DNA of 64,000 nt from Sphyrna mokarran (lineage: Eukaryota). The stretch lies in assembly GCA_024679065.1 (NCBI GenBank), contig JAGIQG010000011.1, positions 37,138,001 to 37,202,000 of the forward strand, in the 5' to 3' direction. The position numbers and the translations under genes were made by a program. Under the pieces are notes generated by a model that worked only from the letters and a program-made list of their open reading frames with translations, ran no database searches and was not told where the DNA came from. Shown here in pieces: positions 24,598 to 37,245 of this stretch (position 1 is its first letter; every line of letters starts with the position of its first letter).

Positions 24598-25171
24598 CCC
24601 AGGTTCTAATTCAAAAAGAGTGGAAGGCTTGAAAAAATTCCTTTTGTTTGCAGAAAAAGGATTTCTGCCTTTGAATATATGGGCCCTATTTTACCATTGC
24701 CTCATGCCCATTTTTGGGTGTGAAAACATGGTAAAGTCAGGTGAGAGGTCATTATTGCTATCCCATGTCTGCGCAGATTGCCATTGGACAGGTGAGTGAG
24801 GCCAGACCATTCTCTGGGGGTGGGGAGAGCGAGTGAGGGTAGATCGTTGTCAGTGGATGGGGAGGAGGGGCCTAATCACTCGTTGGTGGAGGAAGAGGAG
24901 ACAGATGGATGTTTGATGAGGGGGTGGGCAGATGGATCTCTGGTGGGGAAGGCAGGGGGGTCCGCTGCCCTTCTGCGGGCAGTGGGGAGGGGGGACAGAG
25001 GTGGACATGGGATAGCGATAATGACCTCTCACCCGACTTTACCATGTTTTCACGCCCAAAAATGGGTGTGAGGCAGTGGTAAAATAGGGCCCATATATTC
25101 AAAGGCAGGAATTTTCTACAAACAAAAGGAATTTTTTCAAGCCTCCCACTCTTTTTGAATTAGAACCTGGG
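24598..25171. repeat. ~170-bp inverted repeat (Harbinger end plus its flank)
   Basis: 24598-24769 is the near-exact reverse complement of 25004-25171 and includes the TIR GGGCCCTATTTTACCA. Confidence 0.92.
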
Positions 25172-25348
25172 TAATGGGGGTGGTGGATAAGGGGGGCAGT
25201 GATGTGTGTGGGTTGTGGAATGATTGAGTTGATAAGAAGGACAGTGATGTGTGTAAGTAGTAGGGTGGGTGGATAAGGGGGACGATGACATGTGCAGGTA
25301 GTGGGGGGGGGTGCGATAAGGGGGACAGTGATGTGTGGAGGTGGTGGG

Positions 25349-25708
25349 GCTGAAAACACCAGCGAGGGCATGTCCCAATTTTAGGATTTTTTTGAGAAAT
25401 TTCTGCCCATAAAAATAACTTGACGGACTTGTTGAAATCCAGTCTTTTAAATTTCAACATCCAGCCTGGAATGTTTCTTTATTTCTTTATTGTAAGCAAA
25501 TAAATAAAGCCAAAAAATTTGAATGAAGCCAAATGAAGATCATCAGCACAGAGACATCAGGCTGGTGTTGAATGGTGGCCCAAATGATGTAAATTTAGAT
25601 GATAGCTTTCGTTGGACTTAACGCAAACTCTTAATAGTTATTTTTATGGGCAAGAGATTTCTCAAAAAAATCCTAAAATTGGGACGTTTCCTTGCTGGTG
25701 TTTTCAGC
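25349..25708. repeat. ~72-bp inverted repeat (second Harbinger-like end plus flank)
   Basis: 25349-25420 GCTGAAAACACCAGC...CCCATAAAAATAACT versus 25636-25708 AGTTATTTTTATGGGC...GCTGGTGTTTTCAGC. Confidence 0.88.
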
Positions 25709-26899
25709 GAGGTAAGTAATGGTAATATATGGCACTTTGTGCAACACAGAGGCTGTAATGTGAATCTCACTAGTGTTGGCTGGGATGTCCCACCTCCTAT
25801 CGAGCTGCCCCCAGCCTCCCCCACCCTGTCATGGCTCTTCCCCCATCAGGCCCTGTCCCCTCCTCAGGTCCCACCCTTATCTTTATGTAGAATTTTTCTC
25901 CCTCTCCCTCCCCCCTCCATGTGTTTTGCAATAGCAGGAGGCAGTGCATCACTCACTGCTGTTGGGGTGTTATAGCCCTGTTGTTGTCAATGGAGTTTCC
26001 TGTTGAACGTATTTTTGCCACCAGGAAATCCGCAATGGATTTAAGGTCCCACCAATGTAAACATCAGTAAGAATTTTACATATGTTAATGAAAATACTGT
26101 GCTCACAATGGCTGACAGATTACATTTCCTTGCAATAATTATACTATAAATCAGATACAGGAATTCCTTTAAAATCCTACCACATTATTTCAATATCCAG
26201 TTTAATCAAGACTAATTAAATTTGAATATTATCACGATATATCCTTTTAACTTAATTAACAAAAGCAATAGTTCAGATACATGGAGTATTATAAAAGGTA
26301 TTTTAATTCCCTATTTTTCTCTGCCAATTTGCTTCTCCCCAATTCCTAAATGCATTGAATTATTGCAGGAATATTGTTCTATACATAGCAGAACCTCAAC
26401 TAAATATCCATTGTTCCTGGTTAAATCTCAGTGATCCAGGAAATCCTATAATTGGAGTGCAAGTCCAGGTTATTCAGTCTTTAGGAATCACAATGAAGGT
26501 TAGTCAGTCCTAAAATCTAAAAGCTGACCAGTTAAAATCTACATGCCTGAGCGCCAAGCAAGTATCACAGTCTCAATACCAATCATGAACAGGAGGCGTC
26601 TGAAGCCAATGTTATTGAACCACCACCTTTCTCAGCTTGGATCAGAGATCCAACCTGGGATCTTGCTGGCTTCTGTTATTGAGTTATTCACTGCTTATTT
26701 GGGCTCTATCTTTCAAAACAAGCTAACATCATTGGTTTATATAATTAATATCTAGAGAAGAAAGTAAGTGTAAAAAGTGAATACTTTCTAAATGAAATAT
26801 TCAAACTGGGAATTGTAAGGATACCTGCTAATAATAATAATCAAAAACGGCATGATCACCAGCCGAGATCCACCTTAAAACTAATCCTGCAGTTTAGGT

Positions 26900-26990
26900 C
26901 AGAGGTGGGCAACCTGCAGCTCACAAGCCGCACGTGGCCCTATAGGCTACTGACTGTGGCCCATGAGACTTTTTGCTATGAGAGCAAGAG
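26900..26990 (+). mobile_element. hAT (Charlie-like) transposon end
   Basis: CAGAGGTGGGCAACCTGCAGCTCACAAGCCGCACGTGGCCC...TGTGGCCC is a typical hAT TIR plus subterminal motifs. The partner end was not found. Confidence 0.6.
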
Positions 26991-27039
26991 GGAGCCAACA
27001 TGACAGAAAGCAAAGACTGCGAGACTGAGAGCAGATCAT

Positions 27040-27270
27040 AGAGGATACAGGGAGTGTAAGAAAGAGTGAGAGTGAGAACGGAGCAGGAGGAAAATGGGAA
27101 TGTGAGAAAGAGTGAGAGTGAGAGTGAAGCCTGGAGGATAAGGAGAATGTGAGAAAAAGTGAGAATGAGATGGAACCTGGAGGATAAGGAGAATGTGAGA
27201 AAAAGTGAGAATGAGATGGAACCTGGAGGATAAAGAGAATTTGAGAAAGAGTGAGAGCGGAGCCGGGGAA
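27040..27270. repeat. Purine-rich minisatellite, unit about 45 bp
   Basis: CCTGGAGGATAAGGAGAATGTGAGAAAAAGTGAGAATGAGATGGAA repeated about five times. Confidence 0.85.
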
Positions 27271-30039
27271 CATAAGGGTTAGGAAAAGAATGGCATGATT
27301 GGTTATTTTTAAATACTTTTCAATTTATTAATTGTTGTGAAGCAAACCTTAAAGTTAATTTTTTATAAGAGCTGCTGTAAAGTTTATCGGGATCAATATT
27401 GTTTATTAATTAAAGTAAAGGTAAATAAATATAATAACTAAAGTAAGATACGCATCCAAAGCAAATATCGGTCTAATTAAGAAATATGATTAGGTGCAAG
27501 GTTGATGTCACAGGATATCCTGTGCCGGTAAGATCACGATCGGTGAGAAATCAGGCACGAGCCAAATTTTTTGCCTCTTTTACGATCTTATTGGCTGATA
27601 GATCCATCAACCAGCAGGCAAGAAGGTAAAATTGCCCCCCTGGATTATTTAGCATTTTCTGTAAATCACTATGAAATATTCAGCATGTATGAAATGTATT
27701 TAATTTTAGCAGTGGAGTCATGGTTCATGCATATGTCGGATTTTAACATTGCAGACATGAGGTGAAGGAGGGCCATTAATGCTCACTAGCTGAGGTTGCT
27801 CATCACCGGCTTCTTAGATGGTATGGACCAAATGAGGAAGGTGCCAAATTTGTCTCTGACCAATATTGTGACTCTGGCCACAGATGTTCCTTTCCCAATC
27901 TCTGCTCCTCTCCCCTTCCTATTCTGTTCTCTGCCAATGTTTCTTTCCTGAACTCTACAGATGCCCTCCTTCACACTACTACTTATGCTCTTTCCTGATT
28001 TTTGCAGATGTGCTTTCACTGATCCTTACAGATGTCCATATGCCTCTCTCTCCCAATCCCCCAGATGTGTTCTTCTAAGTCTCTCAGGTGCTCTCTCTCC
28101 CTTTTATGACTTATTTGAGAATTTACTTGAGGCAACACTTTGGCCCAGCTTATCAGAAAAGGTTCTTGGGCAAATCCTTCAAATTCCCACAGATTGCCTA
28201 TTTGATGATGATAAAACCAGAGGCCCAAAACCATGCTTTCCTCAAGCCTGTCCACTCAGATTGAGGGATCAATTTCTGTGCAATCTACAAGCCTGTTCAT
28301 TTCCTTATATATCTATACCAAAATGGTAAACAGTAATATTTCATTGTAGTTAGTTGACGTGAATCTTAGCAGCACAAAATTACTTTTAATTCTGGGATAT
28401 ATTTTGGGAGAATTCCTGGAAGTCTTTTGGCCAAAGCAATCTTGTTCCAGTTTGAAAATTCAACATGTACCTCATTCTTATGTTTGACTTCTAACTTATA
28501 TTTAATCAACTAATTTCAGCTGGAATACCAGCTGACAGACAACAGTTAGCATCAACATCTAGGCTTGGAAGAGTAAGATAGCCAAGATTGTTTCTCTTGG
28601 TTGTTATTCCTTCACCCTACCTGCTCTCTCGTCTCCACTTCTGGAAAGTCCACATGTTGCTCTGTGGCACATGGATCAAGTTCAGATATGTTAGCCTGTA
28701 CAGTTGAATAGCTTTGTAACACTTAAACTGAAGTCAGACCAGAGGAAGGCTACCAACGTCATGATCTTTAACCTAATAGGAATGCTATTTGGTGATAAAA
28801 TTGATTTGAAAGAAAAGTCGGAAATAACCCTTACAAGATACAAACTAAGTCCCAAGAAACCTAATGCTTAATGTGCCTGTGTAGTGTCACAACTATGTTA
28901 AGGCTTGTGGGTTTTAAACAAAAAGAAAAAGATGTGATTTGCATGCATAGATTCAAAATAACAACAGCAGGTTATTGCAGGAGCTGTTGCCTGTACAGAG
29001 TAGAAAATGAAATTAAGGTAGGTGCCTGTGAAATACTCCAATAACATCACCATTAAATCATGTAACCAGCTCTTAAAGCAATCGTGCATCTGCTTAAATA
29101 TATAACAGCACGTAAATAAATCAATGAAATATGAGCACAATCCCATTGAGATAATTTGGTCAACTGAGGCAACAAAAACAGATGCTGAAGTTATTGACTC
29201 TCTGACCCTTATTCAATTATTTTTTGCAGAGCACATCTACGTAGGATTTTGTCATTTAATCACACCTTCAAAAATGTTGAAGAGATTATTCGTAATATAT
29301 CAACACCAGCCACACAATGCAAAGTATAGAGTCTTAACCTAACGGGAATGGTGTTCAAATAAAAACAGGTGAGAAATTGGTTTAAAAAAATCTTTATCCA
29401 ATGAGCACATCACTTCAAATTTGAAGGTTAAAGAATGTTTAGAAGCCAATTAGAATGTAGGACTATCCACAAATACATTTAAACACAAGAATGCCATTTA
29501 TGAAGGGTACTGGTAACACATTTACTCGTAGAATATTACCTTGGTTTCACATATTCTGCTACCATAAGATATGTGGTTACTACAGTATAAGTTGCATAAT
29601 GTTGCACTCTCTGAGGTCTGACCACATTTTTATCAATTATTATCTTTACCAACCAAAGCAATCATATGTTTCACTTCCAGAAAAGGAACATCATCATCTA
29701 GAAAGAAAACATATTAACGGCAGTTCAAACCATTTTAATGAGATACGTAGGAATGCTGCGTGGTATAGATACAATTAAAGATTATAAGTGGTTGCCAACG
29801 GATGAGGATGTAATTAAACCTCAATATTTCCATATTGCAAACTAGTTGGCTTTCATCTTCAATTAAAACATTGGTATTTCAAGAATAAGTTGCAAGGCAT
29901 GTAAAGCTATCAAGGGCTAAAACTTTGAGGAAGTTATACATTTATAATTGTAATTTAGCACATCAAAAGTATCTTATGACTTCAAATCCTCCATTTTACC
30001 AATTTTTTTTACTAGTCTCCTAATTTTTTATTAACCTGC

Positions 30040-31170
30040 AATAAATTTACTGTGAAAATTTCTTAGTTACCACATTTAAGCACCTGTTCAGGTACACTGA
30101 GGGAGAATTTTGGTATGGCCAGTTCATCTAACCTGCACATAGAGGTCATAGAAGTCATAGAAGTTTACAGCATGGAAACAGGCCTTCGTCCCAACTTGTC
30201 CATGCCTCTCTTTCTTTTTTAAAGCCTCTAAACTAATCCCAATTGGCCATATTTGGGATTCCTCTGTCCCTCTATACCCATTGTACCCATATAAATATTT
30301 AAATGCTTCTTAAAAGACAAAATTGTACCTGCTTCTACTGCTATTTCTAACATTTTGCTCCAGACACTCACCACCTGTGTGTGAAAAATTGCCCTCTGGA
30401 TACTTTTGTATCTCTCCCCTCTCACCTTGAATCTATGCCCTCTAGTTTTAGATTCTCCTACCTTTGGGAAAAGATATTGACTATCTAGCTGTTCTGTGCC
30501 CCTCATTATTTTATATACATCTATAAGATTACCCCTCAGCCTCCTACATTTAGGGAAAAAGGCCCCAGTCTATCCAGCCTCTCCTTATAACTCAATCCAT
30601 CAAGTCCTGGTAGTATCCTTGTTATTTTTGTCTGCACTCTTTCTAATTTAATAATATCCTTTCTACAATAGGATGACCAGAATTGCTCACAGTATTCCAA
30701 GTTTGTCCTTTTCAATGTTTTTGTACAACTTCAACAAGACATTCCAATTCCTGTATTTAATGTTCTGACCAATGAAACCAAATATGTTGAATGTGTTCTC
30801 CACCACTCTATCCAACTGTGACTCCACTTTCAAGGAGCTATGAACATGTACCCCCCTCGATCTTTTTGTTCTGTAACTTTCCCCAATGCCCTAACATTAA
30901 CTGAGTAAATCCTTCCCTAGTTCAATCTACAAAATGCATCATCTTGCATTTATCTAAATTAAAATCCATCTGCCATTCATCACCCACTGGCCCAATTGAT
31001 CAAAATCCCGTTGCAATTGGAGATAACGTCTTTGGACTGTGGGAGAAAATTCGTGCAGACACAGAGAGAACATGCAAACTCCACACAGACAGTGACCTAA
31101 GCTAAGAACTGAACCCAGGTCTCTTCTAAACTGTGAGGCAGCAGTGCTAGCCATTGTGCCACTGTGCCAC
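30040..31170 (-). mobile_element. V-SINE (alternative tail) interrupted by a CR1
   Basis: 30040-30140 CACCTGTTCAGGTACACTGAGGGAGAATTT...CTAACCTGCACAT continues at about 31026 as TCTTTGGACTGTGGGAG...CTGTGAGGCAGCAGTGCTA. Confidence 0.75.
30141..31025 (-). mobile_element. 5'-truncated CR1 LINE
   Basis: ORF fragments LFPKVGESKTRGHRFKVRG and LQRDFDQLGQW; tail CATAGAAGTCATAGAAG. Confidence 0.88.
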
Positions 31171-31179
31171 CCTAGAATG

Positions 31180-31343
31180 ATGTAGAGATGCCGGCATTGG
31201 ACTGGAATAAACACAATAAGAAGTCTGACAACATCAGGTTAAGTCCAACCGATTTATTTGATAACAAACTCGCAAGCTTTTGGGGTTTGCCCTTTGTCAG
31301 GTGAACCTGATGAAGGGGCAAACCTCGAAAGCTTGCGAGCTTA
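31180..31343. mobile_element. Penelope-like inverted-pLTR mini-element with 13-bp TSD
   Basis: TSD CCACCCTAGAATG at 31167-31179 and 31344-31356; a minus-strand pLTR plus a short inverted arm forming the palindrome 31269-31339. Confidence 0.85.
31307..31334 (+). ncRNA. Minimal (PLE-type) hammerhead ribozyme core
   Basis: CTGATGA-A-GGGG-CAAA-CCTC-GAAA-GCTT: both conserved boxes, a 4-bp helix II and a palindromic AGCT helix III. Helix I pairing is poor. Confidence 0.55.
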
Positions 31344-31659
31344 CCACCCTAGAATGCCACACCACTGAATGAATGTAATTTATTGCCTGTTAGGTTATAC
31401 GGTGAGATAATACCTAATATAAAAGTTAATCAGTTTATTTGTGGTTAAATTACCATATAAACCTGCTTTTAAAATAGATGCCTATCTCCCAGCCTTGACT
31501 GGTAACTCTACCATCTTGTGTTTGGAGAAAGTCATAAATTGTAGTTTAAGCAGTACTGAGAGAGTGCTAATTTATTGGCAATTCTGTCCTTCAAGTAGAA
31601 TAGTAAACTGAGGCATTATCTGCCTATTGGGCAAAACTCTTAGGGACCTGAGCGGACAG

Positions 31660-32290
31660 GTCTGAGTTCCTGAAAGTAGCAGCACACGTGGCTAAAGTGG
31701 TCAAGAAGGCATACAGCCAGGGTATCAAGTATAACATTTTTGTTACGTTACAGCTGTATAAGACTTTAGTTTGGCTGCATTTTGAATATTGTGTACAGTT
31801 CTGATCACTACACTACCAAAAGGAAATGGATGCTTTGGAGAGGATGCAAAGAAGGTTTGCCAGGCTGTTGTCTGGGCTGGAGGATTTTAAGTTTAAGGAA
31901 AGATTGGATAAATTAGATTGTTTTCACTGGAAAGACAGAGGCTGAGGGGTGACCTGATAAATGTCTATAAAATTATGAGAGGCTTAGATAGGGTGGATAG
32001 TCAGAGGCTTTCTCCCAGGGTGGAAAAGTCAACAATAACACGGCACTGGTTTAAGGTGAGAGTGGTAAATTTAGGGAAACATGCAGGGAAAGTTTTTCAC
32101 ATAGAAAGTAGTGGATGCCTGAAACACAGTGCCAGTGGAGACAGTGGAAGCAGGCGCGTTAACAACATCAAGTATATCTTGATAGACATATGAACAGGAA
32201 GCAAACAAAGGGATAGGAACAACGCATCAGCACAGGCATGGTGGGCTGAAGGGCCCTCCCTATGGTGCATTGTTCTTTGTACTTTGTGTT
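31660..32290 (+). mobile_element. CR1 LINE 3' fragment
   Basis: ORF 31918 FSLERQRLRGDLINVYKIMRGLDRVDSQRL; tail GTGGGCTGAAGGGCC...TTGTTCTTTG. Confidence 0.85.
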
Positions 32291-32639
32291 TCAGGTAGAC
32301 TTTAAAAAGCAATAAAGAATAGCAGAATTTTTTTTGTTTTAATCAATAAGGCAATCTTAACCAATAATCACCAAAGATAACAGATTTAATAGTAATTTAT
32401 TTCATTGCTGTCAATATGAATAGAACTGTGATCATGTTTGTCTTCATGATAATAGTCACTTTAAAGTGAAATATTTTTCTTTATACTTGCTTAAGTGTGA
32501 ATCCTTTGAAAACATGTGAAGCTTAAATTCATGTATCCACTAATTTGCATAATCTTAATTTGCTAATAACAGGTGGCTACAGTTCTGGGGGCGGGGTGGG
32601 ATGGTGGGGGTGCTCGCCTTTGCAGGCGCAGGATATCAT

Positions 32640-33330
32640 TGCAGGAGCTCCTCAGAAAAACGGCATTACCATCAGCAAATTCCCCACTGTCAGTATCCCA
32701 GGAGTCACCGTTGACCAAAGTCTTAAATATTGTGACCAATGTAATGTTGACCAATTTAAATATTGTGGTTACTAGAGAAGCCAGAGATTGGGAATTTTGT
32801 GGTAAGTGACTCATCTCCTGAACCCTCAAAGTCTTTTTGCTGACTACAAGGTACATTTCAGGAGCATGATGGAATATTATCCACTTGCCTAAATAACAGT
32901 CAAGAGATTCAACTTCACCCAGAATGCAGCAGTCCCCTGACTGGAAAGCAAAATCTGTTCTACCATGGGAACATGGTGTATACTGTGTGTACTATCTACA
33001 AGATATACTAGAGCAACTTACCAAGGCTTCTTGAACAAAACCTTCCAAACCAGATCTTTGACCAGCTAGAAAAACAAGGTGACAGCAGGTGGCCAGAAAA
33101 CATCTCTAAGTGACACATCATGTGCCTTTAAAACATATCACCATTCATTCATTGTCATTGGGTCAAAATCCTGAAACTCTGTACTTAACAACATGGAGGA
33201 AGGAACTTTAGCGCATTGATTGCAGTGGTTCAAGAAGCGGCTCACTATCGTATTCTCAAGGGCAATTAGGAAAGGGTAGTAAGTTCCAATGTATCCAGGT
33301 ATATCCAGAGTCATGACTGAATGAAAAAAA
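32640..33330 (+). mobile_element. Old CR1/L2-group LINE 3' fragment
   Basis: Similar to 53630-54450 (GGAATATTATCCACTTGCC, GGGTCAAAATCCTGAAACTC, GTTCAAGAAG...CTCAAGGGCAATTAGG). Confidence 0.6.
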
Positions 33331-35111
33331 AGTTCTTTGACTAACCATCTTCAGCTGCTTTATCCGTGTTCTTTCATTCATCATAATGTCAGAAATGACA
33401 TTGATCTCTAATAATTCCACAATGTTCATCTTAATTCCCAAATGTGCAGAGCGTGAAGCATGCATGCAGTCACACCTGAGTGACATTCAGGCTAGAGATG
33501 AAATATGATACCATACCAGGCAATGATTACCTTCAACAATAAAAGCCCAAGCTTTCCTGATCGTTAAAGACACAACTATCACTGAGTCCCCCTATCCCCA
33601 ACAAAGTGGCTACAAGATCAGGCCTGAAATGATAAGTAAATTACCCCTGGACCTCTCAGATTTTCACAAACTCAAGTTCAGAATAGAGCAACTTTCTTCA
33701 TCATAAACTCAGCCCCAGGATTAACTATGAACCCTCTCCACTGTAATAACAGAATACAGTGTTTGCAGGATATGTTGCAGAAATTCATGAAGATTACATT
33801 AAATGTACCTCCCATCCCATTATCTTTATCACCAGAAAAAAGAAGAGCAACATCACTCATCATTATAGCTTGGACATATACTGTGTTCCTTCATTAATGT
33901 TGGATCAATGCCAGAGCATGGAATAGATATAATTTTGCTTTACAGTACAAAAAATGTAAAATAGAAATCTTGATGTCCTACTTACTCAACAATGAACAGA
34001 CATCCAGCTCCCAAAATTCAAAGATGCAACTAACAAATATAAGCACAATAAGATTGGCCAATGGATTATAATTAATGAACCCTGTTTATTAATGATTGTG
34101 TGAAGTGCTTTGAAATGAGATATTATATAAATGCAACTTTCTTTTTATATCAACTGTGCACTTCAAACATCTTAGTATTGGAGTTTCTACACTCAAAGTA
34201 GACCTTTTTGGTTACATTTCATTTTGAGTATGCAAAGCAAATCTATTTAATTCTGTCAGATTATCTGTAAACACACATAAGGAGAATAAGGAAACACTAT
34301 AGCTATAGTTGCTTTATCGATTATATTAAGTGCCAAAAAATGCAGGGCTGTTCACAACACAACTGCTTCCTGAACTTTGCTGATTCATGTGTTTTCTTAT
34401 TTTCATGATTGCCATGTTTCAGTGAAATGTTGTTTTAACACTCAGTATGTATTTCTCTCAATATTTCCTAATATTGCATAATAAAAAATCTTTATATGAG
34501 TCAACTGCTAAGTCCAGCTACATGAATATCTTTGCCATGCGACTGTTCAATTGTGATTCCACTAGCCTATTTAATATGCAATTTCTTAGTAATATATTAA
34601 TACTATGTCTGGACTGATATCTTTTTGCAGTATTTGCTTAGAAATATAAAAACATATGTTTCTGAAACAAGAAACTTTAATTAGGCCCTGCAAGTCTTTC
34701 TCTTTGATCTCCTTTCCACACACCCACTTTCTCACTATATGCCTCAATTTTCCCCTTTAGAACCATTCATTGCTTCATTAATCTCTTTATATATTCGATC
34801 GCATTTGCACATACACAGCACAAAGTCTCTCATTACAGTGAAAGATATCTTTCCTATTAACTCCATTATAAGAATATTTTAGACCTAAAAGCAAGCAGGA
34901 ACAGGGAAATCTGTTTGAACATTAGAACATTGCAAGTCATCTAATGGAAGCTATTAACGAAAGACAGTAAGAAATGAAAAATATGAATCAGTTAGGAATA
35001 CTTTTCACAGAAATTTGATCCATTTAACTATTACTGAAATATGTTTTCAAAGCTTATACTGTGTCAAGAGTATTTGTAATTTTAGGAAATCACATAAATC
35101 CATATATCGTT

Positions 35112-35731
35112 GGGCTGGATTTTACACACTCCAACTGGTGGGTTTGAAAGCAGAGCGGGTATATAAAATCCAGCCCCAGCCTGTCAGCCACTTACTTGTC
35201 TGTTTCTGTTTTCGCTTCAATTTTATCTGTGACAGGGTTGGCAGTGAGTGGCCTGTTCACTAGTGGGCCAACTGAGGTTCTTAAGTAGCAATTAATGCCC
35301 ACGTAAGTGCCTAACTCTTCCATCACCAGGATTTAACCAATGGCAGGAGAGACCCCCACTAAGCAGTCATCTCAGCAGGTATTTCTGTCATCTCTGGGCC
35401 CATTGGAGGCCTGTCCCAACTTGTCACCTCCACCATGACCTCCCACAATCTCTTTGCTGAGGCCTACCTGGAAAATCTCAAACACTCCCCAAGTTCTTAT
35501 TCAATCCTGAATACCTCCTCAATCATGAGTGCGGTACCAGGAATGGCACTGTCAATACTGGAAAGCTGCTGGTACCTGCTTGGCCAGAAGCTCTCTATTC
35601 CTGAAGGATGGAAATCCTGTCTCTAATCTAAAAGCTGATGGTAGTGGGATAGCCATTCTTCTGCCTGACTCTTCAGCTGGGGCAGTGCTGGGGTTGCTCC
35701 AAGGACCACAGTGTCCCGTAAAATCCAATCC
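35112..35731. mobile_element. Harbinger-like MITE
   Basis: TIRs GGGCTGGATTTTAC / GTAAAATCCAATCC; flanks GTT / TTT. Confidence 0.7.
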
Positions 35732-35913
35732 TTTGTCTTTTTGAGGTAGATATTCCCCTCTTATCTCTTACTCGTGCTGATTGATGTACCAGGTACCCTC
35801 CGCTTTCTTGAAATTAACAATAATTCACACCATTGTCTTATATGGTCTTGATATCTAAATATTGATATACATTGGAGCCATGAAATTGTCACAGATCATT
35901 CCAGACTTTTCAC

Positions 35914-35951
35914 CTGATTTCTCTGTGGGCATAAGTTTCAGTAAATAATAT
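35914..35951 (-). CDS. 38-nt coding exon of unnamed gene ((R)YYLLKLMPTEKS(E))
   Basis: cctatgttcctgctttcag|...TCAG|gtgaaa. Phase 2-1 exactly bridges the exons at 40618 and 23276. Confidence 0.7.
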
Positions 35952-36539
35952 CTGAAAGCAGGAACATAGGGTGATGCTTCCTTTCCTGCCCCATCTCGTT
36001 AAACTTAGCAAGAAACTGCAGCATGAAGAGATCCCAGGATCAGCTGTCATGGACAGCATAGTGAATCTAGAAACACCTTTGATATATAAAGCCTGGACGG
36101 CTGGGGTAAGCCATGTGTCTGCAACCAGTCCACCACTACCCAGGACATTGTCATTTAAGACAAAGCCTAAACATTGTTCCACTGTCTTATGGTTGTTTTA
36201 TACATATTTTAAAGATTTGTCTTGCAGCCATATTTATTATCTCAGTATTGTTGTATCAATAAGACAAGGGAAATACACCTTTGCTTCGTATTAGAATGTT
36301 ACATATATTGGTTAGTTTGGTTATGTATATTTTTAAAATAGTCAGTAAGTACATGCATATCAAGTACATTCATTTGGACTGTATGAAAGGATAAAATGGA
36401 TTTTTATTTAAAAACCATGCATGATTTGGTATATTTGGCAGCGCTGGGAAAAATAATGCTAGACTCTTCCTCTTCTCTTTCTTCATTTATTCTCAAGTTT
36501 TCAATTCTAATTCCACTCTGTTCACCAATCCAAAAGATC

Positions 36540-36825
36540 TGTAAATGTAGAAGGAGGCCTTTCAGCCTATCAAGTCTGTTCTGACCCTCCAAAGAACACT
36601 CCACTTAGGCCTACTCATTTGCCAATCCCTGTGGCCCACACATTAATCGTGGTTAATCCACCTAACGTGCACATCTTTGGACTGTGAGAGGGAACCAGAG
36701 CACCCAAAGAGAACCCACACAGACATGGGGAGAATGTGTGAACACCACAAAGTTAGTCATCCAAGACCGGAATCAGACCAAGTCCCTCACACTGTAAGGC
36801 AGCCATGTTAACCATTGTGCCAACA
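36540..36825 (-). mobile_element. HE1-type V-SINE
   Basis: AGAAGGAGGCCTTTCAGCC...CACATCTTTGGACTGTG...GGGAGAATGTGTGAAC...CACTGTAAGGCAGC. Confidence 0.8.
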
Positions 36826-37245
36826 GGACATAATACAATGATTTTGCTGCGAAATGGAACACCGGATTTACACAGAGATAATTGAAGGTTTCAATATGTC
36901 ATGAGGGGTACTGAATTCTGGGACATTGGGACATTTTACATTTTGTTGACGGTACAAATATAACCACATCTGATCAGTTGTCTCATTATATACCTGTCGC
37001 CATTCTCCTCTTTGTTGAAGTTAATGGAAACTGAAACCATTTAATTCTATGTTACACTATCTCTAGAAGTTATAATTACTCACATTGAGTCAGCTATGAC
37101 AGTTGTTCAGGAGCTGCTGCCCAAAGTGTTACTCCAGCACCACACCATCAACATGGGGAGATTGAGGTTATAGGTTATGCAGCCATAGTAACAGTTTGGA
37201 TTTAGGCAACTGTCAACCAGCGGGGATAAATTTCATAAAATCGTA

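Noticed and set aside
27040-27270. CRISPR-like array (also 60600-61020)
   Set aside because: The units are contiguous degenerate tandem repeats without unique spacers, there are no cas genes, and the context is vertebrate.
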